This document shows positions 9,774 to 19,788 of a stretch of DNA of 40,420 bases, in pieces (position 1 is the stretch's first letter; each line of letters starts with the position of its first letter). This DNA comes from Promethearchaeia archaeon. GTDB taxonomy: Archaea > Asgardarchaeota > Lokiarchaeia > Sigyniarchaeales > SOKP01. The notes under the pieces were generated by a model. It was given only the letters and a program-made list of their open reading frames with translations, was not told the origin of the DNA and did not search any database. Where the stretch lies: NCBI GenBank assembly GCA_029856145.1, contig JAHQWK010000010.1:1-40420 (forward strand), in the 5' to 3' direction. The translations under genes and the position numbers were made by a program.

Positions 9774-11237
9774 TTATCCCCAGAAGGGTTTCCAACTATT
9801 CCATAAATCCCAATGCTTTACGTTTTTGAAGTTTTGACTGATTGCTTTTAACCTATATCTGCTTTTTATAGTTTTAAGAATTTGCCGGGAGATGTAATTG
9901 GGTCGTAGCATAAATTTTTTGTGAGTTTCTCTTATTCGTAACATTAATTCACTCAAAGGGATGGGAAGAACAGCAGTACCAACTTCCCAACATTCATCTG
10001 GGTTAATTCTTTTTTCTTTTACCATCTGATCCCAAATCCAATTTCCGGGTATTATACCTAAAATATGAAATTGTGGAAAGTCAATATCTAATTTGAGTGA
10101 AAAATTTAATGTATTAATAATTTCCTCACGAGTTTCAATTGGCGCACCCACTATAAAATTCGCTAAGACCATATCAATTCCAACTTTATTGGAATTTTTT
10201 ATTGCATTATGAATTTGATTTAAATTAATTTGTTTATTATACCACTCTAAAATTCTTTGAGATCCACTTTCGACACCATAACTCAGAATTTTACATCCCA
10301 TCTGTTTCATAGCATTTAATAATTCTATTGAACTTTGAGTAACCCTCCCTTCTGCCATCCAATCAAAATCTATTTTTTCTTTCTTTAGTAAATCTGATAA
10401 CTTCATTAACCTTTTTTTACTTATAGTAAAGTTATCGTCAACCCAGAGTAAGTTTTGATAACCTTGTTCTTCTAGAACGGATAATTCTTGTACTATATTT
10501 TCTGGAGATCTTGGACGCCAATTACCCCAAAACATAGAACTTGAACAAAATGAACATTTAAATACACATCCTCTTGATGAAGCAGCAGAAGTAAATTTTC
10601 CTATAGATAGATCAAGACCTTCAACTTTATTTCTATATTCCACATTTCCTAATAAATTCCTGTTTGGAAACGGAAGGATGTCAATATTTTCTATAAGAGG
10701 TCTATCATTATTTCTAATAACTCTACTATTATCTCGATATGTTACACCTCTTATATCTTCAAACCCATGACCTTTCTCAGCTTTTTCGGCAATTTCTAAT
10801 AGAGTATTTTCCCCCTCTCCTCTTATGCAAGCATCAATAAAGGGGTACTTATTTAATATTCTAGTATCATTGAACGTAGCATGATAATTCCCAAATAAAA
10901 CCTTAACGTTTGGATTTATTTCTTCTTTTACTTTTTTAGCAATTTCTGCAGAACTTCTTCCAGTTCCTGCAGTAGTTATCGTCGAAAAACCTAAAATATC
11001 AGGGTCTTCATGTTTTATCCACTTTAAGGTTTCCTCAATCGATAAACCCCTAGCAAATTGATCAAGTATGGATACATTAAAATTATTTTCACTTAAATAG
11101 GTCCCGAGGTATAAAATTCCCATAGGTGGAAATCCATAAAATTCTATTTTCTCTTTGTAATACTTCTCAGCCTCTTTGACTGTACCACAAAATGTACCTT
11201 TTTCTGGGGGTTTTGGAAATATTAATGATACCTTCAA
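9774..11237 (-). CDS. cobalamin-binding radical SAM protein
   Basis: 'PPMGILYL', 'GNYHAT', 'SRGCVFKCSFC', 'DDNF', 'GVESG'. Confidence 0.93.
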   Translation of the reverse strand: MKVSLIFPKPPEKGTFCGTVKEAEKYYKEKIEFYGFPPMGILYLGTYLSENNFNVSILDQFARGLSIEETLKWIKHEDPDILGFSTITTAGTGRSSAEIAKKVKEEINPNVKVLFGNYHATFNDTRILNKYPFIDACIRGEGENTLLEIAEKAEKGHGFEDIRGVTYRDNSRVIRNNDRPLIENIDILPFPNRNLLGNVEYRNKVEGLDLSIGKFTSAASSRGCVFKCSFCSSSMFWGNWRPRSPENIVQELSVLEEQGYQNLLWVDDNFTISKKRLMKLSDLLKKEKIDFDWMAEGRVTQSSIELLNAMKQMGCKILSYGVESGSQRILEWYNKQINLNQIHNAIKNSNKVGIDMVLANFIVGAPIETREEIINTLNFSLKLDIDFPQFHILGIIPGNWIWDQMVKEKRINPDECWEVGTAVLPIPLSELMLRIRETHKKFMLRPNYISRQILKTIKSRYRLKAISQNFKNVKHWDLWNSWKPFWG

Positions 11238-11458
11238 AAAATCAATCCAAATTTCAATTTAAATTAAGAACTAATAAATTTGTAAATTTATCCTTAAAAT
11301 TAAAACCACAACATTTCAATTCTTTTAATAATCATAAAGGTGAAAAATAAATCTTATAATTAAAATCACTTTTGATATACTTACTAAGATATAGAGATAT
11401 ATTTATAAAATTAAATGAATGAATCTGATTTTCCAACTTCTCGAAAATGGGCTAATAA

Positions 11459-12916
11459 ATGAAATTAATTGATAAAAAAATCCAAAAAGTAGCCTTAGTA
11501 AATCCAAATTTTATTACTAAGAGTATTACTGATAAATTTAACATCCCTGCACTAGGATTAGAATCCATTGCTGCAAATATTTTAGATTTAGTACAAGTAA
11601 AAATAATTGATGGTAAAGTCAGAAATTTAAATCTTAAGGAAATAATCAAAGAAGTTAATGAATTTAAGCCAGATGTTGTTGGAATTTCATGTTGTTTTAC
11701 AATAGGAATTAATTTTGCTTTAAGAATTGCAAATGAATCAAAAAAATTAGGATATCTAACCATTTTAGGGGGTTGGCATCCAAGTTTTGTTCATTCTGAA
11801 ATATTAAAATACCCATTCGTAGATATAATAGTCCGAGGAGAGGGAGAGCTTACCTTTCGAGAACTAATTAAAAACAAAAATTTAGAAGAAATAAAAGGAA
11901 TATCGTATAAAAACAATGGGAGCATTATCGATACTCTTGATCGTCCTTTAATCAAAGATCTAAATAAATTACCACTTCCAGCAAGAAACTTGAGAGATAG
12001 TAAGACGTATTATCAGATTTTTCAGATGCCTTTAGATGCGATTGAAACCTCAAGGGGTTGCCCTTATAAATGTACTTTCTGTAATATACATCTCTTCTAT
12101 CGAGGAACATATAGAACGAAAAATACTGACCGAGTTATTCAGGAGTTAAAAATTATTTCAAGCCAAAAAAGTTATAAGAATGTATTGATAGTAGATGATA
12201 ATTTCACTGCGAATATGAAGAGGGTTGAGGAAATTTGTGATAAAATAATCAAAGAGGGCATTAAATTAGATTTAATTTGTCAAAGTCGAATTGATGTTAT
12301 TAAAAACAACCCAAATATCGTTAAAAAGATGTCTAAAGCAGGATTTTGGTTAGTCTTTCTTGGTATTGAATCATTCAACCAGAAATCTTTAATTGCTATT
12401 CAGAAAAGAGTTCATTTTAGAGATATTGTTGAAGCAATAAAAATCCTTCATGATAACGATATGTTAATAATTGGGAGCTTGTTAGTTGGTTCAAGTCTTG
12501 ATGAGGAAGAGAAAGATATAGATCTCATGATAAAAATTGTTAAAAAGTTAGGAATAGATTTTCCTATATATTCGATAATGACACCTTTACCAGGCACTAA
12601 ATTTAGAGAGATATTGATTGAAAATGATTATTTAATGTCTCGAGATTGGAGTAGATACAATTTTACAACAGCAGTAAATCGATTAAACAAACTATCAAAG
12701 GAAAAACTAGAGGAACTGTTATCTAAGGCATATTATTATGGGTATTTTAATAGGGGATGGAAGGATACTCTTATTAGATTATATAAAAAGAAAGGAATCA
12801 AATTTTTATTAAATTCAAGAAAAATTTTTAGTATTATCAAGGATTTTTTGAATTTTTTTATAAATATTAGAAGAATGAAAGGTAATATAGATTCAATGTC
12901 TCTTAAATTCATTTAA
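11459..12916 (+). CDS. cobalamin-binding radical SAM protein
   Basis: 'GGWHPS', 'RGEGE', 'SRGCPYKCTFC', 'DDNF', 'TPLPGT'. Confidence 0.93.
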   Translation: MKLIDKKIQKVALVNPNFITKSITDKFNIPALGLESIAANILDLVQVKIIDGKVRNLNLKEIIKEVNEFKPDVVGISCCFTIGINFALRIANESKKLGYLTILGGWHPSFVHSEILKYPFVDIIVRGEGELTFRELIKNKNLEEIKGISYKNNGSIIDTLDRPLIKDLNKLPLPARNLRDSKTYYQIFQMPLDAIETSRGCPYKCTFCNIHLFYRGTYRTKNTDRVIQELKIISSQKSYKNVLIVDDNFTANMKRVEEICDKIIKEGIKLDLICQSRIDVIKNNPNIVKKMSKAGFWLVFLGIESFNQKSLIAIQKRVHFRDIVEAIKILHDNDMLIIGSLLVGSSLDEEEKDIDLMIKIVKKLGIDFPIYSIMTPLPGTKFREILIENDYLMSRDWSRYNFTTAVNRLNKLSKEKLEELLSKAYYYGYFNRGWKDTLIRLYKKKGIKFLLNSRKIFSIIKDFLNFFINIRRMKGNIDSMSLKFI

Positions 12917-13667
12917 TTGTAGTTAATTGTTTTAAAGTAACAAATTCCGCTTTCTTAGAAAGGGCTTCCTTGATAAACTTTCTAATTCTGGTAATAAATA
13001 AATCTCCTGTATTAATCCAACGATCTAGTCTAAATAAATAGTTTTTAACTAGATTGAGTTTACTCTTTTGATTGAGTATTAACCTTTTTATGTCTATTGC
13101 TTCCCAAGAATGAAAATATAATATAGTTAATTCCTTTTTAAATATCCATTTCCGTATGAAATAAAAACTCAAAGGTAATCTAAAAAAGGTATAATAGCTT
13201 GAAGGATGAAATTCTTGAATTTTGTAATTTTTCATTTGATAATATAGAGACTTTTTACGTGAACTAATTGAAGAATCATATTTAAATCCTAAATCATTCA
13301 ATAATCGGAATAAAAATTTTGGAGGTTTTAAATAAGGAGCTCGAAAACCAATGACTTCTGAATTTTTGCATTTATTTTCAATCATTACTTTGTTGTTAGA
13401 GATGATTTCTTTACATTCTTCAAATGTTAATTCGTTTAACCGTTCATGATTTAAACTATGACAAGCGATTTCATGTCCTTTACTCTCAATCAGATGTACA
13501 ACCCGCGGTTGTTGTTCAACAACAGTTCCGGTACAAAAAAAAGTTCCTTTGATTTGAAAATTATCCAATAGGCTTAAAATTTTAATTAGTCCAATTTTCA
13601 CTCCAAAATCAGTATCTAGAAAATTAGGAATATCTCTTTCAATATCAAAAGTCAGAGCAATTTTCAT
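12909..13667 (-). CDS. polysaccharide deacetylase (CE4/NodB-like)
   Basis: 'LTFDIE', 'GHEIACHSLNH', 'GFRAPY', 'YDSS', 'YFHSWE'. Confidence 0.9.
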   Translation of the reverse strand: MKIALTFDIERDIPNFLDTDFGVKIGLIKILSLLDNFQIKGTFFCTGTVVEQQPRVVHLIESKGHEIACHSLNHERLNELTFEECKEIISNNKVMIENKCKNSEVIGFRAPYLKPPKFLFRLLNDLGFKYDSSISSRKKSLYYQMKNYKIQEFHPSSYYTFFRLPLSFYFIRKWIFKKELTILYFHSWEAIDIKRLILNQKSKLNLVKNYLFRLDRWINTGDLFITRIRKFIKEALSKKAEFVTLKQLTTIK

Positions 13668-13758
13668 TATCAGAGTAAAGATATACTTATTTGTTTAAGA
13701 AATTATATATTTATTTTAAAATTAATTTCAGTATTTAAGTTCAGAAAATTAGAAAAAA

Positions 13759-14877
13759 ATGCGAATATTAGTAGTAGGTGCGGGGATTACCGGTTGTACA
13801 TTGGCGCGTCTGATGAAAGATAAAGGTTATACAGTTTCAGTCAAGGAAAAACAAGATCATATTGGAGGTTTATGTTACACAACAATAAGTTCTAGTGGTA
13901 TTCTGTATGAACCTTATGGTGGGCATGCGTTTCACACAAAGGATAGTCGTGTTAAAGAATTAGTACTCAAATTTTCAGATTTTAATAATTATAGACATAA
14001 CAAGGGGATTTTTATTAACGATATATTGCGGCATTTTCCTCTCAGTAGAGAAACAATACTTGAAATAGAAGATAGTGAACAAATTCTTAAGGATTTAGAA
14101 GAACGACCAAAAATACCTGATTTAACAAATTTTGAGACTTATGCGATTTCTCAATTTGGCATTACTCTATATAGACTATTTATTTATAATTATTCCAAGA
14201 AAATGTGGGGTTTAGAACCTAAAGAATTAACAACCGAGTATATCAAAAATCGTATTGAACTGAAAAACTCTAATACTCAGATGTTTGAAGATAATTTTCA
14301 AGGGTTACCTGTTAAAGGATATACTGAATTGCTTAGGAATATGATACATGATATTCCTATAGAATTAAATAATAGTGAATTTGATGAGTCATTATTCGAT
14401 CTCATTCTTTTTTCAGGTCGAATAGATGAACTACTTAAATTTAAATTTGGAAATTTACAATTTAGGTCTTTACGTTTTGAATATGAGGAGAAGGAAAATT
14501 GGGAAAATGAAAATTATGGCACAATCAACCTTCCACAACATCCAAAATATATACGAAAAGTCAATTTTAATGTTATGCATCAACAGAAAACAAATAAATC
14601 ATTAATCCAATATCAAGAACCTATACCCTCAAATAGTAAGAATCTACCATTATATCCGATATATACCAAGAAAAATATTGAATTATTTAATAAATACTTA
14701 ATTGAAGCTTGTAAATCCGAAAAAATTATTCCTATTGGTCGATTAGGATTATATAAATATTTAGAAATGGGACAAGCTATTTCTTTAGCAATGAATATGA
14801 TTCCCTTAATAGAAAAATGGAAAAACATAAGGCCTGAAGATCGATATCTTGAAATTAAGAAGCTATTAAATAATTAA
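13759..14877 (+). CDS. glf: UDP-galactopyranose mutase
   Basis: 'VVGAGITG', 'HIGG', 'YGGHAFHT', 'YSKKMWG', 'GRLGLYKYLEM'. Confidence 0.9.
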   Translation: MRILVVGAGITGCTLARLMKDKGYTVSVKEKQDHIGGLCYTTISSSGILYEPYGGHAFHTKDSRVKELVLKFSDFNNYRHNKGIFINDILRHFPLSRETILEIEDSEQILKDLEERPKIPDLTNFETYAISQFGITLYRLFIYNYSKKMWGLEPKELTTEYIKNRIELKNSNTQMFEDNFQGLPVKGYTELLRNMIHDIPIELNNSEFDESLFDLILFSGRIDELLKFKFGNLQFRSLRFEYEEKENWENENYGTINLPQHPKYIRKVNFNVMHQQKTNKSLIQYQEPIPSNSKNLPLYPIYTKKNIELFNKYLIEACKSEKIIPIGRLGLYKYLEMGQAISLAMNMIPLIEKWKNIRPEDRYLEIKKLLNN

Positions 14878-14895
14878 TGAGTTTAATAGAAGAAA

Positions 14896-15735
14896 TTACT
14901 TTTTCTTCCAGTTGATGTCTTTTGCTAAATTATAAAAAATTTCTTTTTTTGAACGATATTGGGTTATACGTCCTAAACTACGACGAGTGTTTAGAAATCT
15001 TCCACTTGTTAATACTGATATGAAATTAAGAGTTTTAATTTTACCTTTTTTCATTTTTCTAGTAAGATATATTAATGAATCCGAGAAAACTTTATCAATT
15101 CCTATTAAATTTGGTGGTAGTTGCTTAAATCCCCCAACTTTAAAGAAAATGTCTCTTCTAACAATTATATTACATCCTATAAGTTCAGGATATCCAAGTA
15201 ATGTTTTAAAAAAATACCATACGTGCATATTAAAATTAAGAAAAAAAAAGCTCGTTATTAAAAAAGTTTGGGAACCTAGTTTAAATGAGAGGGCTTTTCC
15301 ATTATAATATTTAACTCTAGCACTACACGCAAGAAGCTTTTTATGTTTTTCGAATATCTTATAAATTTTCTGTAAGAAATATGGATCTATTAATGTATCC
15401 GCATCTAAAAATACAAGTAAGTCGCCAGAAGATTTAGGTACAACATAATTTAATTGGGGTGATTTCCCTTGTTCTGGTGAGAGATATACTTTCGCAAATT
15501 TTTTCGCAATAGAGACAGTATTATCGGAGCTTTGGCCATCAGCTACTATAATTTCATAAGGAATATTACATTTTTGCTTTTTAATTGCTAATAATGTTTT
15601 TTTTACGTTTTTCTCTTCATTATAAGTAGGAATAATAACTGATATCTTTGGTTTATGACTCATTTCTTTTCTAGGGTAAAGTGAAAACAGAAAATCTATA
15701 TATTTTAGAAGATGATGTGTTATTATTCTATACAA
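14896..15735 (-). CDS. glycosyltransferase family 2
   Basis: 'ISVIIPTYNEE', 'VADGQSSD', 'FLDAD'. Confidence 0.9.
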   Translation of the reverse strand: MYRIITHHLLKYIDFLFSLYPRKEMSHKPKISVIIPTYNEEKNVKKTLLAIKKQKCNIPYEIIVADGQSSDNTVSIAKKFAKVYLSPEQGKSPQLNYVVPKSSGDLLVFLDADTLIDPYFLQKIYKIFEKHKKLLACSARVKYYNGKALSFKLGSQTFLITSFFFLNFNMHVWYFFKTLLGYPELIGCNIIVRRDIFFKVGGFKQLPPNLIGIDKVFSDSLIYLTRKMKKGKIKTLNFISVLTSGRFLNTRRSLGRITQYRSKKEIFYNLAKDINWKKK

Positions 15736-15778
15736 GTATTAGATTTATTAAATAATTAATTGATTCAAAAATAAGACA

Positions 15779-16894
15779 ATGTCTAAGGATTCAGGTAAAA
15801 TGAAATTCTGGACGAAGGGATTCATAATTTCATTTCTTTTCTTAATTTTAAGCGCATTACTAATTGTACTCCTAATAATAAATCATATTTTTCTGCCAAT
15901 TCCTTGGATTGATTTATTATATGAGTTCTTAAGACCTTGGTTATTATCAATCTTCTACAATTATAATCTATTTATTTATGCTGGAATTTTCATTAGTTAT
16001 TCATTTTTACTCGTATTATATGTTTTAGGATATAATATAGCAAAAGTAAAACATATGACGGGTTCAATAATATTTGTTTTTAGTTTATTAGGGTTTGTTT
16101 TAGTTACTTTCATCGCAATTAATTATACATATGCTAGTGTCTTATTTAATCAAGATCTAGCTCTTAATGTAAGGCTAATGTTACTTTTACTCTTTTTACC
16201 TATGAATTTTGCACTCAGTTTATTTCTGTTTTTAGTAAATACTGATTTCCTAATTTTTTTTAAGGATTTAATCAAAGCTAGAAAAATTTGGAAACGTAGA
16301 AGACCTGAATTTGAAATTGAAGTTAAGGGTAATATAACTAATATTAATATAAAAACAAATGAATTTATTTTCACTCCTGTACCAATGTTAATTATAGCAA
16401 AATATCTCCAGTCTAAAGGGTTTTCTGTATCATGGTTTGTAAGAGGTGCTTTTAATCATTTAATCTCCTTAATTATTACTTATTTAACCGGATGGCCACG
16501 AGCTAGAAATGTATTATTTCGATTAACAGGAATGAAGATTGGCAAAAATTGCCATATTTCTCAAAAAGCAATACCTGATCCTCTATTACCTGAATTAATT
16601 GAATTTGAAGAGGGCAGTGGATGTGGTATTGGCGTAAAATTGCTTACTCATAATGCAATGAATATACAACATGGAAGTTTTAGTTTTGGGCCAATTAAAG
16701 TATGCAAAAATGCAAGAATAGGAGCATATTCTGTTGTATTACCTGGAGTTACTATAGGGGAAGGATCTATTATTGGAGCAAATTCAGTAGTAAGTGAAGA
16801 TATTCCACCATTTTTTATTGCATTTGGTTCTCCTGCCAAAGTTGTACGTGAATTAACTGAAGATGAAAAAGAAATGGTAAGTAAAGAATATTAA
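15779..16894 (+). CDS. membrane-anchored hexapeptide-repeat (LbH) acyltransferase
   Basis: About 4 N-terminal TM segments; C-terminal 'IGAYSVVLPGVTIGEGSIIGANSVV...GSPAKVVR'. Confidence 0.85.
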   Translation: MSKDSGKMKFWTKGFIISFLFLILSALLIVLLIINHIFLPIPWIDLLYEFLRPWLLSIFYNYNLFIYAGIFISYSFLLVLYVLGYNIAKVKHMTGSIIFVFSLLGFVLVTFIAINYTYASVLFNQDLALNVRLMLLLLFLPMNFALSLFLFLVNTDFLIFFKDLIKARKIWKRRRPEFEIEVKGNITNINIKTNEFIFTPVPMLIIAKYLQSKGFSVSWFVRGAFNHLISLIITYLTGWPRARNVLFRLTGMKIGKNCHISQKAIPDPLLPELIEFEEGSGCGIGVKLLTHNAMNIQHGSFSFGPIKVCKNARIGAYSVVLPGVTIGEGSIIGANSVVSEDIPPFFIAFGSPAKVVRELTEDEKEMVSKEY

Positions 16895-16895
16895 A

Positions 16896-17678
16896 TTATT
16901 TATTGATAAAATCTTCAATAACTTCATTAACTTTTATATGATTATCATACATCGCTCTATGTGAACCATTTTCAATGAATATTAATTCTGAAATAGGAAT
17001 TAAATCATTTAAATCACTAACCATTGATTTTGAAATAATTTTATCTTCAGTTCCATAAATTATAAGCGTGGGTTGAGAGATTTTAAATAATTCCTTTTTT
17101 AAATTGAATTTGGACGTCATACTTTTAAAAGTGCTTAAGACTATTGCCTTTGGTAGTTCTAGCGAATTATTGTATAATTTTCTAAATTCTCTATTTTCTT
17201 TTTCTGGTGAAATGATTTGTTTTATAATTTTTTTCAAAAAATTTCTATAAAATAATTTGAATAATATACTTACCCAAAAAACCATAACTTTTTCTTTAGT
17301 CGTGGGAGAAATGGCCGCAGTAGAACTAATTAAGATTAATTTTTTTATTAATTTTGGTTTTTTAATAGTAATATTTTGTGCTATCAATCCTCCTAATGAA
17401 TGTCCTATGATAAAAACTTCACTATATCCAAGCAATTTAAGAAAATCTATTATTTGTTTAGTGAAGAATTCAACAGAATAATTTATATTTGGTTTATCTG
17501 ATTTTCCAAAACCAGGTAAATCTAAAATAATAATATGGTTTTTAAAATTAAAATGATACAATTGATAAGACCACTCGAGAGAACTTCCCAACCATCCATG
17601 AATGAATAATAGGGGAATTCCTTCCAACTTATTATCATAATAAAAAATTTTTAGTTGATTAACTGTAATAAAAGGCAT
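16896..17678 (-). CDS. alpha/beta hydrolase
   Basis: 'IHGW', 'DLPGFGKS', nucleophile elbow 'GHSLGG', 'GTED', 'GSH'. Confidence 0.92.
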   Translation of the reverse strand: MPFITVNQLKIFYYDNKLEGIPLLFIHGWLGSSLEWSYQLYHFNFKNHIIILDLPGFGKSDKPNINYSVEFFTKQIIDFLKLLGYSEVFIIGHSLGGLIAQNITIKKPKLIKKLILISSTAAISPTTKEKVMVFWVSILFKLFYRNFLKKIIKQIISPEKENREFRKLYNNSLELPKAIVLSTFKSMTSKFNLKKELFKISQPTLIIYGTEDKIISKSMVSDLNDLIPISELIFIENGSHRAMYDNHIKVNEVIEDFINK

Positions 17679-17685
17679 TTTTTAA

Positions 17686-18717
17686 CTATCTAAATCTATA
17701 TTTATAAATATAATTTCTAAGCGGATGTTTAACAAAATTTGTAGGATTCCAATAACATGGTTTAAAACAATCGCAATATTCAAATTTGAATTTATTTATT
17801 TTTTTAACTCTGGTCTTATGTGATAATTTGATAAAATCATTAAATTTAATCGGCGTCTTAACATCTTCACAAAGCATTACAGTTCCATCATTGTCAATTG
17901 CATAATATAAATCACCCGCATCACACTTCCAAAAATATTTATTCTGATACCATTTATCCATATAATAATAATAACTATTTGGCGACATGAGTTGAATTCC
18001 TTGTCTTTTCAAATTTTGAATTACTTTCCTTAATCTACTAATAGTCTCCTTTTTTAACAATAATTCTGGACAGAAACTTCTATATTGATATTGTTCATTT
18101 GGTTTCTTTGACGAATGTACGGGATCTATTGAGAATCGACAATTTAATTTGTTTTTAATAGTTCTTATTAATGGAATAAGCTCTTTTATATTCTCTTTTG
18201 TGTTTATAATATGAATGCTATAATCTATGTTTTCAGGGTTTTTTTTTTTTATATCTTGAAGTATATTAATCAATTCTGGTCGATATTTCTTAGGACTAGA
18301 ATTAGACTCTTTAAAACAATCAATACTTATACCTAGAAGAAAATATCCATATGATACAAATTCTTCAAGTAAATCCTCATTTAATAGAGCCCCGTTTGTT
18401 ACCACATGAGTAAAAACATTTAAATTTATACAATGCTTCAAAAGTTCCCCCAAATCTGAGCGAAGTGTTGGTTCACCTCCGTATATAGTAATAAATCGAC
18501 ATCCTTGATTGTATAAGTGGTTTACTATATTTTTCCATTGCTTTACAGAAATATCAGATTTTATTTGACCTTTTGAAGTAGCACAATAATAACAATCAAA
18601 ATTGCATTTTCGAGTGAAAAATATACTAACAAAAGTAGGTCCATTAATTACTTTAAATATCCTATTTATGTAGCTAATTCCCAAATTTCTTAATATTCTA
18701 TTTTTTATAGTATTCAT
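17686..18717 (-). CDS. radical SAM protein with C-terminal Cys-rich (twitch/SPASM-like) extension
   Basis: 'CNFDCYYC', 'GGEPTL', 'TNG', 'CDAG...DGTVMLC...CDCFKPC'. Confidence 0.88.
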   Translation of the reverse strand: MNTIKNRILRNLGISYINRIFKVINGPTFVSIFFTRKCNFDCYYCATSKGQIKSDISVKQWKNIVNHLYNQGCRFITIYGGEPTLRSDLGELLKHCINLNVFTHVVTNGALLNEDLLEEFVSYGYFLLGISIDCFKESNSSPKKYRPELINILQDIKKKNPENIDYSIHIINTKENIKELIPLIRTIKNKLNCRFSIDPVHSSKKPNEQYQYRSFCPELLLKKETISRLRKVIQNLKRQGIQLMSPNSYYYYMDKWYQNKYFWKCDAGDLYYAIDNDGTVMLCEDVKTPIKFNDFIKLSHKTRVKKINKFKFEYCDCFKPCYWNPTNFVKHPLRNYIYKYRFR

Positions 18718-18778
18718 ATCAATTTCAAGGTGATTTAATCAGAACAAAACATTTTAAACATTTATTTAATATTTAATT

Positions 18779-19765
18779 TTGGTATTAAAAATATTGATGA
18801 TTTCAACTTTAAATCCAGTATCCATTATTGTTCCTATAAAGAACAGATGTAATCTTTTACCTAATCTGATTAAGAATCTATCAAATTTAGATTATCCAGA
18901 ATATGAAATAATAATTGTTGATGATTGTTCAATGGATAACACAAAAGAATTATTAAAAAGTTATCCAGTTAAATCCATAACCTTGGAAAAATCAGTTGGT
19001 TCAGCTGAAGCTAGAAATATCGGAATTAAAGAGGCGAAAAATGATATTATCGCTCTAACTGATTCCGATTGTCTCGTTTCAAAGAACTGGTTAAGAAATT
19101 TAGTTCCATATTTAAATAGTTATGATGTAGTAGGAGGAAAAGTTATATTTAGTGATGATACAGAAAAGAAACTTAATCCATTCAATACAAAAAATGAAAC
19201 CGTATTAACCAAAGAGTCTTCAATTAATTTTCTTAATACAAGTAACATGATATTTAAAAAAGAGATATGGAAGTTTTCTGGTGGTTTTTTAAATTATCGA
19301 ATTGAAGATTTAGAATTTTCGTGGAGGTTGTTAAAAAAAGGATTTAAATTAGTTTATTCACCAAAAGGTTTAGTAATTCATCATGGTAATAGAACACCAC
19401 TCCAAAATATTATAAAATATCTCCAATATGGGAAATCGTATTCAAAAATAACGTTTATTCACAAAATGAATTTCTCGTTTAAAACTGATCGAATTCTTGA
19501 TATAAACGCAATTTTTGATTATCTACAGCTAATTTCACTTCCTTTTCTATTCCTTTTAGCATCAATTCTTTTTAGTTTTATGATTATTAACGTCCTTCTA
19601 AATATATCAGTAAATATCCTTTCAATTTTTCTATGTATTTTCCTTACATTTCGACTTATAAGAAGAATTGACATTTTATTCAAAATTTATAAATTTACTA
19701 TAATTTTTGGTATTGTAAATTATTCTTTAATTTATATGCTTAAAAGGAAATATAAATCTAAATGA
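18779..19765 (+). CDS. glycosyltransferase family 2 with C-terminal TM segments
   Basis: 'VSIIVP', 'VDDCSMD', 'ARNIG', 'TDSD', 'ED'; start may be the ATG at 18797. Confidence 0.9.
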   Translation: MVLKILMISTLNPVSIIVPIKNRCNLLPNLIKNLSNLDYPEYEIIIVDDCSMDNTKELLKSYPVKSITLEKSVGSAEARNIGIKEAKNDIIALTDSDCLVSKNWLRNLVPYLNSYDVVGGKVIFSDDTEKKLNPFNTKNETVLTKESSINFLNTSNMIFKKEIWKFSGGFLNYRIEDLEFSWRLLKKGFKLVYSPKGLVIHHGNRTPLQNIIKYLQYGKSYSKITFIHKMNFSFKTDRILDINAIFDYLQLISLPFLFLLASILFSFMIINVLLNISVNILSIFLCIFLTFRLIRRIDILFKIYKFTIIFGIVNYSLIYMLKRKYKSK

Positions 19766-19788
19766 AAAGCAAGAACAGAAAATAGAGT

